DNA of 63,945 nt, filler included, from Intoshia linei (taxonomy: Eukaryota > Animalia > Orthonectida): NCBI GenBank assembly GCA_001642005.1. It is 4 parts of 4 records of this genome, joined end to end, with 100 filler letters (N's around TTAATTAATTAA, not from the genome) between each part and the next. Parts side by side here need not be neighbours in the genome. Positions count along the whole stretch, not along the records: positions 50,819 to 63,945 come from LWCA01001028.1; 3 more parts are not named here. The stretch is one strand, 5' to 3'. The position numbers and the translations under genes are program-made. Shown piece after piece: positions 51,474 through 63,945 of the stretch (position 1 is the stretch's first letter; each line of letters starts with the position of its first letter). The notes beneath the pieces are model-generated. The model had not been told where the DNA came from and did not search any database. It was given only the letters and a program-made list of their open reading frames with translations.

Positions 51474-54400
51474 CTGCTGATTGGGTATTTATCCCTGAAA
51501 AACCACCAATAGCGGGATGGGAAGATAGATTATGCAAGAAGTTGGCATTGGTTAATTTTTTATATATATATATTCTCTCTTAAATGTTATTTAATTAGTA
51601 CAAATAGTAACTAGCCCCACCGAGCGCGAACTAATTCTATCAAAAAAATAAATTCAATAAAATCTTACATAAAAATGATAATATTCACTATTTCCAATCC
51701 TTTAACGGAGTGATTCCTAAATTTTTTTTACCTTTTAATTTAAAGTGAATTATTCTCACTTAATTTTATTTTGTTAACATTTCTGTGAAGAATTTTTAAC
51801 AAAATTTTGTGTGTTGCGATTTTTTTAAAATTTTAATTTTAAAATTATAAAAAGCATAAATTTGGGGATTTTTTAAATAATTTTTAATCTGCAAGAATTT
51901 AAAGTTAACTTTACAAAAAATTTAATTCTTACAATGGTTTTTTTTTTAAAAATTAAATTTTATAGCGGCCACGAGGATCAGGACCCTTCTCTATAATGTA
52001 GATATTATTTATTATAATAATATACCAATTTTAGGAAAGAGAGATGGGTCAAAGATTGAATATTATAATTGTTGCTGAAGGAGCCATAGATGAAAATGGA
52101 CATAAAATCAGTTCCAATCGATTACAACATGTAATATACAATATAAGTTTACCTTTTGATATTTTTATTTTTTAAAAATAAAAAATATGTAACATTCCAG
52201 TCTATTATAAATTTAGTTAGTAGAAGACCGATTGCAGTATGACACACGAATCACTATATTGGGACATGTACAACGAGGCGGAAATCCTTCCGCATTCGAT
52301 CGAATTTTGGTATGAAAATTACGAAAATAAAATATATACTATATAATTAATATATCATTGCTACGCGGTCTATTTATTAAAATTTACAACCCAATCCTAT
52401 TTTTAAAAATACGAATTTTTTATTTTTTTCAATTATTTAATTTTCATAATACCTTCTCGCGAGATACAAATCCCATGAACCGCAAATATTGAACACTTAG
52501 AGAAGAGGTGATCAACCTATGGGTAATGCGCCACAAGGTTAGCCACCTCTGACTTAGAATCTACGTAGTAGACTGATAAAACTAATATAAACTTAGGCCA
52601 CTCGAATGGGAGTTGAAGCTGTCGTTGCAATACTTGATACAACCACAAATTCAGAACCATCTGTTATATCTATAAATGGAAATAAAATTTGTAGAATTCC
52701 CCTTAAAAAGTCAGTTGAATTGGTACTTTGATAATAGCAATATTTAAGTATGATATTTAAGACTTCATCAATAAAAGATGCATATGCAAAAAAGGATTAT
52801 GAATGTGTCATGCATTTGAGGGGACCGTATCTATGCTGTAAATAAAAATAATTTGTTATAGGAATTACGTTAAAAATTTAAACAATTATTTAATGATGAG
52901 CAAGTTGTACATGAAATGTCCTTCTATTCATTTAGATGCCTTGCATCCTGTAATATTTAATTTATACTAATTGTTATGTTATAGAAAATCTATATAGTAA
53001 ATGTTGGTGCGCCAGCATGTGGAATTAATGCTTGTGTCAGATCTTTGACAAAATTATTTATTCTTAATAAATGTATAGTTTATCACGTCAAAAATGGACT
53101 AAATGGTTTCATTGATAATGAAGTAATATTTTAAATGCTTTTAAATTTAATTTATTAGATATATACTGCCAATTGGTCCAATACTAATTATTGGATTCAT
53201 GAAGGAGGTTCATTGTTGGGCACTAATCGGTAAAATTATAATGTACAAAGTATTATTTTAATATATCGATTATAATCTTTGTGATGAGAACAGTGTCGAT
53301 TAATATGCCATCATTTACATTAGATTAATGAGAATTTATTAAAATTTTTAATCTATTATAACATACTGTTAGATTTTAAGTTTTATTTTACAAGAGGTTC
53401 CAACGTTTTTGACACAGATCAGTTATTTAACATTTTATTTTATAGGCCCATTTAAAACATTTTTATTACTAATTCTTACAAAATATTATCATTATTAATG
53501 ATTCATTACCCTATATTTTTCATTTTTTCTCAGGAAATCTAAAATGAATATTGTGCATGGAACATTATCTATTGGACATGGACCATTATATTACTATACA
53601 AATATAAAAACCATTCTTCTTAGTCGTGCATAGACAGCAAAAAGTTATATAGTTATATAGTTAACTGTTATAAATCATGTATTAATTATTGATTATTAAT
53701 ACATGAGTTTAATATTTGACTTATATAATGTTCACTGTACATTGTACAGTGTACATTCCATTGAATATTCACTGAATATTCAATTATTATATGAATATTA
53801 TTCAGTCATTTTTAATTTATTTATTTATTAAATTAAATTTATTAAATTTTTAGAAATACCCCAAAAAAAATTGGCATCGATGTATTGGCTGAAAAATTCA
53901 AAATGCGCAATATTAATTGCCTTATAATCATTGGAGGCTATGAGGTTAAATTTATTTTTATTATTACAGTCCGACCCCGCTTTGGGGCAAACCTCGGTGT
54001 GGGGAATACTCGGTTTTTCAGAAGGCACTTTTATAGAATTATGTTGATTTTATAGTATTTATATCGATGGCATAGCAATATATGTGAAATGAACCCCGCT
54101 TTTCGGGCAAAAATGTTGTAAATATAAATTATATAAGTATAATTCCTATATTGATGACATTAATTTAAAATTATATTTATTTAAATATTTTATATACATT
54201 TTCATAAGTATTTAATTCATTCATGACTATAATCAATCATATTTAAGTTTGATTTCAGATTTTTATGAAATTTTGATTTTGATGTATTTACCTTAAAATA
54301 TCACCCTAAAATATTTTGGACTGTAATAGAAACAAATATAATATAATGTATTGCAATAGTTTAAATATTCAATGAAAAATTAGATATTTTACTAAAACCC

Positions 54401-57400
54401 CTGATTTTGGAGCACTTTTCAAAAAATGGTGTCCCAATCCGAGGTCTAACTGTATTATTAAATTAAAATTTTAATGAACCACTTATTTTTCAAATGACGA
54501 AATTATTCTAAAAATTTTTTTTATTATATAAGGGTAATTAGGGTAATATTTTTTATTAGTCTTGTCACATTCTCTATTAAAGTTAAATTCCGCTAGAAAA
54601 CTAAGTTATATTATTAATATACTAGGTTGACTGTTTTGTACTGCGTACAAACAGCACCTAGCTCTGCCGAGGAGGACATTTTTATTCTACCAAATAAATA
54701 AATTCAATAATAAAACCTAACTTAAAAATGCCACTATTCACTATTATCAATCCTTTAAAGTAGTGGTTCCCAAACTTGTTTCACGTGGACCCGTCATATC
54801 ACATTACCTATAATTTAAAGTAAATTATTCCATCTTAATTTTATTTTGTTAACATTTCTGTAAAGAATTTTAAAAACAATTTTGTGCTCGCATTTTTTTA
54901 ATTTATTAGACCAGTGGTTCATCAAAGTGGTCCACAGGAAATTATAGGTGGTCCACAAGAAAAATTTCAAATAAAATGAAGATAACTTTTTTTTAACAAT
55001 AATAATAATAAATTAGAATTATATCGATCATTTATTATTAGTGAACGTAAACATCATTTAATCAAAATGAAGTGAAAATTTACTAAATAACATGAATAAT
55101 TTAATTTAAAATAAATTTAATCTATACAACGATTTAACTTAGTTCGATTTTAGTTTCTTAAATCGAACTTAGCGAGCCCGTCGCCACTTCAAAATTGAAA
55201 AATAGCCCATTAAAAAAATTTGTAAACGAATTATAATATTGGTCATATAATCCTATCCACCTTTCTAAGACTTTTGAGTTGACATTTTAAATTTAATACT
55301 TAAATTAGATGATATTCAAGAATTTTTTTAATGTTTAATTTAATAAATTAAAGACTCCATTTTAAAAAAAAACTTTCGAGATCACTCGGTGGAAGGATCG
55401 CATACGGCACTAGTAGTTCGCCATAAGTATGTTTGAAATTAAGAATTTTTTTAATTGCCATAAGAATTAAAAGCCATTGAAGCTACATTGTCAAAATTAA
55501 TGTAAAATTTTCGATTTAAGGAGGAATACGTAATAAAAAAATTAAAATATGACCTTAGTGGCGAGTTCAAAATTAAGGGGATTTTTTTTAAAAATTATGT
55601 GGTCCACACACATTTTTTTTTGTGAGAAGTGGTCGATTGTGGAAAAATTTTGGGAACCTCTGTATTAGACAGATGTGTATATAATGATTATAATAATAAT
55701 CTAAAAATAATGTAAACACAGTAAAATCCTAAAAATTATCTTAAATAGCTTAAATTGAAGAGAAATAAAATTTAAATATCTAATGTATTGACTTTTTGAA
55801 TTTGATGATATTCAGTATCTGCTTTAGATAATTAAAAAATATCAATTATGTATCAATAATTAACGGAATCTTCACTTTATGAACATATTTCAGGCAAATT
55901 TTACCAATACTACAAAGCATTGTAATAAATATTTAAATGATAATAACAAAGTTGTACTTTATAATACTTCGTTGTTGAAGTTTTAGACTAAAATTGAGTA
56001 TAAATTGATTTAAAATATTTTGAAAATGAGTATTTGAGAGTAAAAAATTGCATATGTTAATTTACACACGGAAATTAACAAATTAAACAGTGTAATATCC
56101 ACATTACAGTTCAATACATGGAACATACATATTCTTGCAGCCCACCAATCATTTTATATACGAGCCGCCATTGATTATCAATGACGACACAAGTTTTATC
56201 CTATTTCTTTTTTATAAGTTAATTTAGTTATTGTTCAATTTATCATTTTTAGGCATTTCTTTCAGTTGTCCAGATGGAAGAAGCTCGCAAAGATCACTCT
56301 GAATTTCGAATACCCATTGGAATTATACCTGCAACAATCAGTAATAATGTTCCTGGAACTACCTTATGTATTGGATCCGATACAGCATTAAACGAAATCA
56401 CCTATGTAATTTTATTTATTTGCAACATATCCAAATTAAAAATTGTCTATGGATTATAATTATTATATGATTTGATAACAAATACAAATAATTATTTGTA
56501 AATTATAATTAAAAGGATATGTAATAATTAAAACTTAGACATGCGATAGACTTAAACAATCAGCCACTGGAACTAGAAAAAGAGTTTTTATTGTAGAAAC
56601 TCATGGTGGTTTTTGCGGCTATTTAGCAACTATGGCAGGTTTGTCTTCTGGAGCTGATGCAGCATATATATTTGAAAAAAAAATTGATGTTCAGGATATT
56701 AAAGTAATTTTTTAAAGTAGCATTTATATATCGCTAAGTTATAACTACATTATGTACTGTTGGACCTATTACAGTAGGACTGTAGGTATTGATTAAATTG
56801 ATTATGACTTTACTTAAGTTTTGTAAACAGTGTTGACTAATGGTGTGTTGTAATATGAAATCTTTATAAATTTAATAAATATTTATATTTAATTTCTTTT
56901 TAATCAATTGTATCTGAGGTTGTACTTAATATTTTCTAAAAAATAGGCTTTGATGTACGTAATATTTATATGAATTTAATTAGCACAATGATTGAATTAA
57001 ATGTTAATCAATTATTATTTATTTTTATAATGTGAATATTTTAGAATGATGCTGAGCATTTGGTACAAAAAATGTCTGAAGGTACAGAAAGAGGCATTAT
57101 ATTAAGGTAATAATTTAAAATCTTATTAGTCCCTACGTCAGCATGTAGGGTTTGTAGTGCATGTAATTCGTATTACAGTTCTTCGGCACAATCCGAAGCA
57201 CGAACTTTAATATTTAATGAATAAAAATGATTCAAAAACAGTCTTTAACTAAATTTAATTCGATGACGAATTGGAACTTTAAAATTTTTTAATATGGTCA
57301 GCATTTCGTATTCGGGCCATGCTTGGGCCGTGATTCAGTATTGGATTTTACACAATATTGAATGTGGCGGTTCAGAGCGAACCTAACACACCAAAGGCCC

Positions 57401-60400
57401 TTAAAATTAAAAATGTTCATAAATGATGTCTAATTCCATGTACCCCTAACCACCTCTCTACTGGTCTTACTTGACAGTGTAAATTTGACATTAAAGTCAA
57501 GTAGTTATCATATTCAAAATGCTCATTCATTCACGCTCCGAAAAGGGTTATTGAGTATAGTCGACTCAATTCCGGTCTGTCTTTTCCATTTGCACCAATA
57601 AAAAAGAAACCTAAAACCTATAAGGCATACATTATTGAAGCACTTTTTGGTTATTAAGCATAAAATATGTTACAATCTTTAAAATTGGCATCTTTAATTT
57701 CAATAAAACATTGATTTTTACAACACATTCAGTTTTTCTAGTATGTCAGTAAATGTTTGATAATCATCTAATATGAATATAAATTACATTTATAATCACT
57801 GATATAGAAAAAACCATGTTCACTATCGCAGGGCCGTGTAGAGAGGTCTAGAACCGTGTGGTCCGGGCCTACAATCATGAGGGCATTATTTTATAATTTA
57901 TTAATAATTAATATTGGGAAATTATACCAAAATTATTGTATAATAAAAGTTTTATGATTTTATTAAAAGTCCAATTAGTTATTATTAATGTTTAGATAAC
58001 ACATTTTTAAAGAAAATTTTATAGGGGTCTACAATTTCCATTTAGCCCAGACCTACTGGTGGTTTTACGTGGCCCTGCACTATCCATCAAAGAATTAGTT
58101 TTCAATGAGAAATTTTCATTTAGAATGCCACTATTCTTTTAAATTCATTGTAAAATGACCCACTCATTATATCATACATACTTTTTGGTCGTACATCATG
58201 ATGAAATTTTGTTTATTTTTAATTCCTCAATGATATTAAATTAATTATAGTAATTTAGTTGTGATTTATAAACTTTATTAAATTTAATCAATTAATAAAT
58301 GTAGATGTGAAAAGGCTAGTAAGAATTATGATATTCATTTTATGCGGGCAATATTTGAAGAAATTGGACAAGATTCATTTGACACACGCATAAATGTTAT
58401 TGGACATATTCAACAGGTTTTAATATTACATTTTGCAATAGGTTCTTCAAAATATAATTGAATCAATGATTTAGCGGTCTATATTTTTTTTACTTTTAAT
58501 TACACTGTACGAAAAAAATGTAAGCTTTAAAGGTGTGAACGAATTTTTATATCAAAAGTGCACCCTTTCTTCATACACTGCGCAACAAAACTATAGCACA
58601 TTCATATAACTTCATGAATATTCTTTAATGCAACAGTGTATTGTTACACTGAAACCAAAAAATTAAGATCGTTTGTTAATGTTATCGAACTTAAATATCA
58701 AATAAACTTTTTATTCCAATTTCAACTCACGACAAAAGTGTGCTATATAAATTAATTTTAAAATTTTTTATTGTATGTTTCCAGTTTTGGTCATATTTTT
58801 GGCAATAATTTTATAAAAAATTTAAATTATTTGCATTGCATCATTGCATTAATAATTTAAAATATGCCTCGTGGAACCTTTCTTTCAAATTATGAGAAAG
58901 GTCAAATTGATGCTTTATTGGTTGAAGTAAAAGTAGTCACATATATTGAAAATCCATAGGAAGAAGTCGCGAAGCCTTATTATATAAATATATTAATAGA
59001 TCGGGATCTCTGAATACACCAGCAAAAATTAAAATTACCGGCAGACCTTCAAAATTAACATGTAAAGAAAGAAGAAGGATAATTAGAAAAGCCTCAAAAT
59101 TTGTCTTATCGGCTAGAGACATAAGAGATGAGCTAGATTTGAATAGTTCTGTAAGGACAATACAAAGAGCTTTGAAAGCCTGTCCGCATATCGAACACCG
59201 AAAACTCAAATCGAAATCATTCTTATCAGAAAAACATCGAAAAGATAGGATGACGTTTGCTCGTGAAAATTTAAAAACAAACTGATCCTCTGTCTTTTTT
59301 TCAGACGAACAAAGGTTTAATTTGGACGGTCCTGATGGAGAGTCGTATCTAAAATGGGAAGAAAGTTTGGAGGGGTAGTATTATGTTATGGGCAGCATTT
59401 GGAGTTAACAGAAAGAGCAAATTATGCTTTATTAACATAAATATGAATTCTAAAGTTTATATTGACGTCTTAAACAACTACCTACTACCCTGTCGAAGGT
59501 CGTTCAAAATATTTCAGCAGGATAATGCATCAATCCATAAATCTCAAGAAACAAAAAGGTGGCTAAATTCAAAGAGGTTGAATGTTTTGGGATGGCCGGC
59601 ATGCTCTCCAGATCTAAATGCTATTGAAAACTTATGGGAAGTTCTTTCTCGCATGATATATAAGAATGGCACACAATATAGAAATTTAAATGAGTTAAAA
59701 ACGGCAATTGAAAAAGCCTGGACATCCATACCAACAGTTACCATTTCTACCATCATTTATAGCGTGGACGACAGAATTTTTGAGGTTACAAAGAAACATG
59801 GTGGCCACACACATTATTAAACAGTATTTATATTATATATTTTTATCATTTTATCAAAAATAAAACTTTAAAATGATAATTTTGCTATAGTTTTGTCACA
59901 CATGAAATACTTATATTTTCGATATTTAGTCATTATTATTTTTTTAACTACCATATTATAATTTCGACGGAAAAATATTTATTTGAATGACACTTAGAAG
60001 ATTTCGTAATGTAATAAATTTTATTTTTAAAGATAATTTGGAAATATCATCAAAATTTTAAATGTGCTATAGCTTTGTCGCGGAGTGTATGAACATTTTG
60101 AAAATATTCAATTTGCCCTAATGTTACCTTTCAACTGTTAAAAACCCTGGGACATCGCCTCTAAAGTTTTGAACAATATAATAACAATATATCGCTCACA
60201 GTAACTAATATATGACAATTTTCTTAAAAATATTATTTTAAATATAAATTTAAATTGGACTATGCAGAATGAATGTAAGCGTGCATTATTGTGAGACAAA
60301 ATTAGTTTGTAGTTAAATTAAAATAATAAAAAAATAATATTATATATTAAATATATTATTATATAAGCAGAATTGTTTAATTGGATAATCCACATAATTT

Positions 60401-61359
60401 TTATTTGTTATTAGCATTCCATAATTAGCAGAATATTTAGTTATAAAATAATTTTTTATCCTGGAAGATGCAAATTTGTGATATTTAAAATTATAAACCC
60501 ATCCCATCGTTTATTTTTTTTAAAATTGTAGGATTCTTAGTTTTAAAATAGATGGTTACAATATATAGAAATTTAAAATTCGATATATGTAGACATTCTT
60601 ATAAAAGATTTACATGGCATTATTATATTTCAATATATTTAATTTAGGGTGGAAGTCCTTCTGCTTTTGACAGAGCTTTGGCATCTAAATTTGCAACTTT
60701 TACAGTCAATTTCGTTATGAATCTATTTAAAGAAAAAGAAATTGCAAGTAACTGTGGTATATAAAATATTTTAAATCATATCCAATATTAATAGATATAA
60801 ACTCTTACGAAGATTCTGAAAGTGCATTTATTATTGGAATTGAATCTTGTACAAAAGCAACACCAGTTAAAATTGTTTATCAAAATGCTGACAATGTGTA
60901 ATTTCAAATATATGTATATTACAATAAGGTTGATGCAGATCAGCGTTTCCTAATCTTTTCAATCATGCTGATCGCTGAAAGTATAAAAATACTTTGAGAT
61001 CCGGTAAAAGAGAGAATATTATATTAGATTTTGGCTTAGTGGTTATAAATGGTGTACGAACCTTTGGAGCGATTTTTCGGTCCGGTGATTGTGTAACGCT
61101 GATGTAGAATTTTATTTTTATTGGTTAGTTTAATGTTATTTTTGTTTCATGATATTTTCTATTTTACATTGGAAAATTTGTACATAAATAATACACATTT
61201 CAACTGAATGGGTCCTATTGGGGTATATTTGATTATTAGTAATAATATCCTTATATTTTTAATTTCAATGTTATATTTAGTCACAGAATACCAAAAAATC
61301 AATGGTGGATGTGTACACAAAACCTACTAAGAATATTAGCCAAACACGAACTTTGTTGA
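51474..61359 (+). CDS. PFK: ATP-dependent 6-phosphofructokinase, eukaryotic type; 5' exons missing
   Basis: Exons encode [10 protein letters not shown]...[121 protein letters not shown] and HRIPKNQWW...LAKH. Stop at 61357-61359. Confidence 0.96.
53967..54452. mobile_element. pogo/Tigger-type MITE
   Basis: TA|CAGTCCGACCCCGCTTTGGGGCA...TGTCCCAATCCGAGGTCTAACTG|TA with inner CCCCGCTTT repeats. Confidence 0.75.
54621..54911 (-). mobile_element. Helitron-like repeat, 3' end
   Basis: The minus strand ends CTGTTTGTACGCAGTACAAAACAG (hairpin) TCAAC CTAG|T. Similar ends occur at ~43398, ~44385 and ~51609. Confidence 0.7.
54912..55662. mobile_element. hAT-type non-autonomous element inserted in the Helitron-like copy
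   Basis: CAGTGGTTC...GAACCTCTG with a perfect 8-bp TSD TATTAGAC. Confidence 0.85.
57829..58077. mobile_element. hAT-type MITE, family C
   Basis: CAGGGCCG...TGGCCCTG with TSD CACTATCG/CACTATCC (7/8 match). Confidence 0.8.
58576..60087 (+). mobile_element. Near full-length Tc3-like (Tc1/mariner DD34E) transposon with an inactivated transposase, in a PFK intron
   Basis: TA|CACTGCGCAACAAAACTATAGCACATT...AATGTGCTATAGCTTTGTCGCGGAGTG|TA. The transposase (58864-59820) starts [18 protein letters not shown] and contains [20 protein letters not shown] and [11 protein letters not shown]. It carries frameshifts, a TGA at 59283-59285 and a deletion near 59345. Confidence 0.93.
60941..61101. mobile_element. 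Short hAT-type MITE
   Basis: CAGCGTTTCCTAATC...GATTGTGTAACGCTG with an imperfect TSD ATGCAGAT/ATGTAGAA. Confidence 0.65.
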
Positions 61360-61879
61360 CCAATGTATTATCTTTACTTGATCCTTTAATATATACTATA
61401 ATTAAACATTTAATCATTATTTTATTAATTTTCAACGGTTAGAAAAGTTTGAATTTAATTATACTTACAAAAATTTTCAAATGAAGCTTGGATTCAAACA
61501 TTCAACCCAAATTAATTTATCAACGACGATGATATTTTTTTGTTTTTACATTTATTAACATTTTCGTGGATGTTTGCTAATATTATTCTTACGTTGTATT
61601 TATATGTATTTTAGTGTTTTTTATTTTAATAAAACGGGGTTTGTTTTTATCAAAGTTTTTAATAGGATACAAATTTTTTTCTGTTTATCTTACAGTTTTA
61701 ATAATTATTTCTGATTCGTAAACTTATTTATTACCTGTAGATACCATTCCTTATCGTTTTAGCGTAAAATATTTTTAAATTTTGTTACTATTAACGTTGG
61801 TTATTCTTTTATATATATATTTATTTGGTAACGTAATAAACACAAATAAGAAAATTTAATAAAATAATTAAAATCAGAT

Positions 61880-63363
61880 ATGTCATATCAAAATAAAATT
61901 AAATACCCAAAAAATGAAAATGAAGTATCTAGTGATGTCAACTTTAAAATTGAAGACATGTCAGACGATAAATATTTTGTTGCAAGTAATTTACAAATAA
62001 AGACAATTGGGCACGGAGATTTAAAAATTACATTTATTATCTATTTCTTAATCATTAAATCTAATAAGATTGAAAAATACTTTAAAGTCAAATACATAAA
62101 ATTTTATTAAGGTAGCTAACGCGAAATGAAAATTTATCTTTAATTTTTTAATTTAATCACGTGCCCATTATTAATAATATTTTTATTTCGTAACATAAAA
62201 ACATAGGCATATTTTTGATTACAAGAAGAGGCATAGTAGTTTTGGCTCTGTTGTCAATCGTTACATATTATATAGATGACATTACTATATATCAATCTAT
62301 ATATTATTATAATGCATCTATATTACAAATTTATCTAATTTCTAACTTACTTTCAGGGTCGCTTGAATAAATAATATTCGTTCATTATTTGATCAGAATA
62401 TACTTCGTCCATTTAATATATTTAAATATAAAGAAATAACATTAAATGCAGTTTAATTAAAGCCGTAACTATATCTATAGTGTAATTTAACTTTAGTGGA
62501 AAAAGTGGTGACTTTTTAAAAGTCTACTATAGAATTCAACTAATATTATAATTTAGAAATGCCGATATTAGATGAAATGGAAAGTGGAAATTATTCACCT
62601 GTAAATGTGGATGAAACCATGAGTTTAGAATTTGGTATGTTAATAAAAAAACGTTGACATTAATACAAACATAATGGGCAATGCATAAATTTATATATTA
62701 TTATATTACCGTCATAAAGTAGTGTAATTGTTAAAAAAATGATAATTTTGATAATAATAATAATAATAAAGTTAATAAAAGTTACATTATTATAATTTGG
62801 GTATGGCCTGTATCTGACCACAAGAAATAATCCATTAAAAATTAACATCATAAAAAATTAACTGACTTATTGTTACTAAAATTATATTATGGTCCGTAAA
62901 ATTAAGAAAAAATATGTACGAACATAGCAAGCATACGGGCAATAGGTTTGAATATTTAGGGTAATTCTTTTGGTAATATCATAAATTTTCTGGTATATAT
63001 TTTAGGTACAAAACCCGACCATTTAATTTTTACGGTTGTAAATTGCCTCTTTTTGTTAATTTGTTTTTTTACTATATATTAAATAGAACAATAAAATATG
63101 AAACATATAGTGTAGATGACGATACAAATATATTGGATAGAGAAAAATTAGAATTGGAGAAAAAAAAAGACGAATATTATAGGGTAGTAAATATGTGCTA
63201 TATTATTTATTCTCATTAAGAAATTAATTTCTCAATATAATGAATCGAGCAAAGACAAACTCGATAAGGATTCAGAAAACATGGAGATTATTGATGATTT
63301 TATTCGCAATTTTCTTATTAGGGGTGATTTCAAAAAAACATTTCAATGTTTCCAAACGGAATG
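61880..63363 (+). CDS. SPAG16: Sperm-associated antigen 16 / PF20 (axonemal central-pair protein), first four exons; continues off-window
   Basis: Phase-compatible exons 61880-61985, 62557-62634, 63116-63183 and 63221-63363. The last reads EIIDDFIRNFLIRGDFKKTFQCFQTEW (cf. SPAG16 EVVEDFLCNFLIKMGMTRTLDCFQSEW). Confidence 0.82.
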
Positions 63364-63429
63364 GTTTATTTAATTTTAATATACATATAAATATGCCCAA
63401 TTGATTCTAAAAAAGTGGACAGCACTACA

Positions 63430-63945
63430 CAGTGATCTCATTTCGATGAAAAAATGACAATAATAATTGTTTTTTATTATTTTAATGGAAATATTTGAAA
63501 AATATTGGTTGATAATGTATTAAAAATTATTTTTATCCGGGGATGCGTTGATTTCTCGGGTTGAAATTTTGCATTTATATCAACTGGAATAAGCTCTATC
63601 AGAATAATCTTCTTTTTTTAATTTTCGGACAATTAGTTATTTCATATTTTTTGTTTTAATAAAATATTTCGGGAAAAAAATATATGAATACTAAAATGCT
63701 TTTTTGACCGTGAAGTCGTCACTTATTCAGATTAAAATTTTTTGGGTGTTAACAGGATACAACTGTGCCACCTGTAAATTTTTTTAATTCTAGGGCTGTT
63801 TTCATTAAAAAAAGAAGGGTAATTTGGGGTTTTGGCCTTGAAGATATAATTTTTTTAAATTTAGATTTATGATAATGTTTATCATTTTAACATCCGCATC
63901 AGCGTATATATTTTTTTAAATTCTCCAACTCGTTTGATTTTCAAA
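63430..63945 (-). mobile_element. Helitron-like repeat (runs off-window)
   Basis: Near reverse complement of 8885-9340. Confidence 0.7.

Noticed and set aside
53728-53785. TGTACA-based short palindromes (also ~7181, 11070, 14603, 20029)
   Set aside because: Low-complexity TGTACA(T/A) microsatellite-like motif with no consistent position or flanking structure.
36389-61359. Glycogen synthase-PFK fusion gene or metabolic cluster
   Set aside because: The two partial genes are separated by two artificial spacers and an unrelated contig, so adjacency is unsupported.

Overview
AT-rich eukaryotic (metazoan-like) genomic DNA read with the standard code. Genes have many very short GT-AG introns (32-47 nt) alternating with kb-size introns full of transposon debris. 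That architecture is reminiscent of compact invertebrate genomes such as the orthonectid Intoshia, but this is an inference and not a species identification. Spliced genes I reconstructed by eye are ANKMY1 (MORN + ankyrin + MYND, minus), AMMECR1 (minus), SAAL1 (5' part, plus), a Crk-type SH2-SH3-SH3 adaptor (plus), NUP210/gp210 (minus, one ~5.4-kb exon), glycogen synthase (5' part), an intronless and strongly divergent histone H3/CenH3-like gene (minus), 6-phosphofructokinase (5' part missing) and SPAG16 (5' part). Mobile DNA includes remnants of P/THAP, IS630/Tc1, Tc3-like, pogo/Tigger and piggyBac transposases, many hAT and Tc1 MITEs with visible target-site duplications (TSDs), TTAA-flanked MITEs, and a Helitron-like non-autonomous family. 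Three artificial 100-bp spacers (44N-TTAATTAATTAA-44N) join contigs, and the SAAL1, glycogen synthase and PFK models break off near them. I found no prokaryote-type system and no convincing new multi-gene system. The most interesting items are the H3 variant lacking a recognisable alphaN helix, the Crk whose N-terminal SH3 has lost its ligand-binding Trp, the near intron-free NUP210, and chimeric or nested MITE and Helitron structures. Homology calls rest on remembered family motifs, not on database searches.
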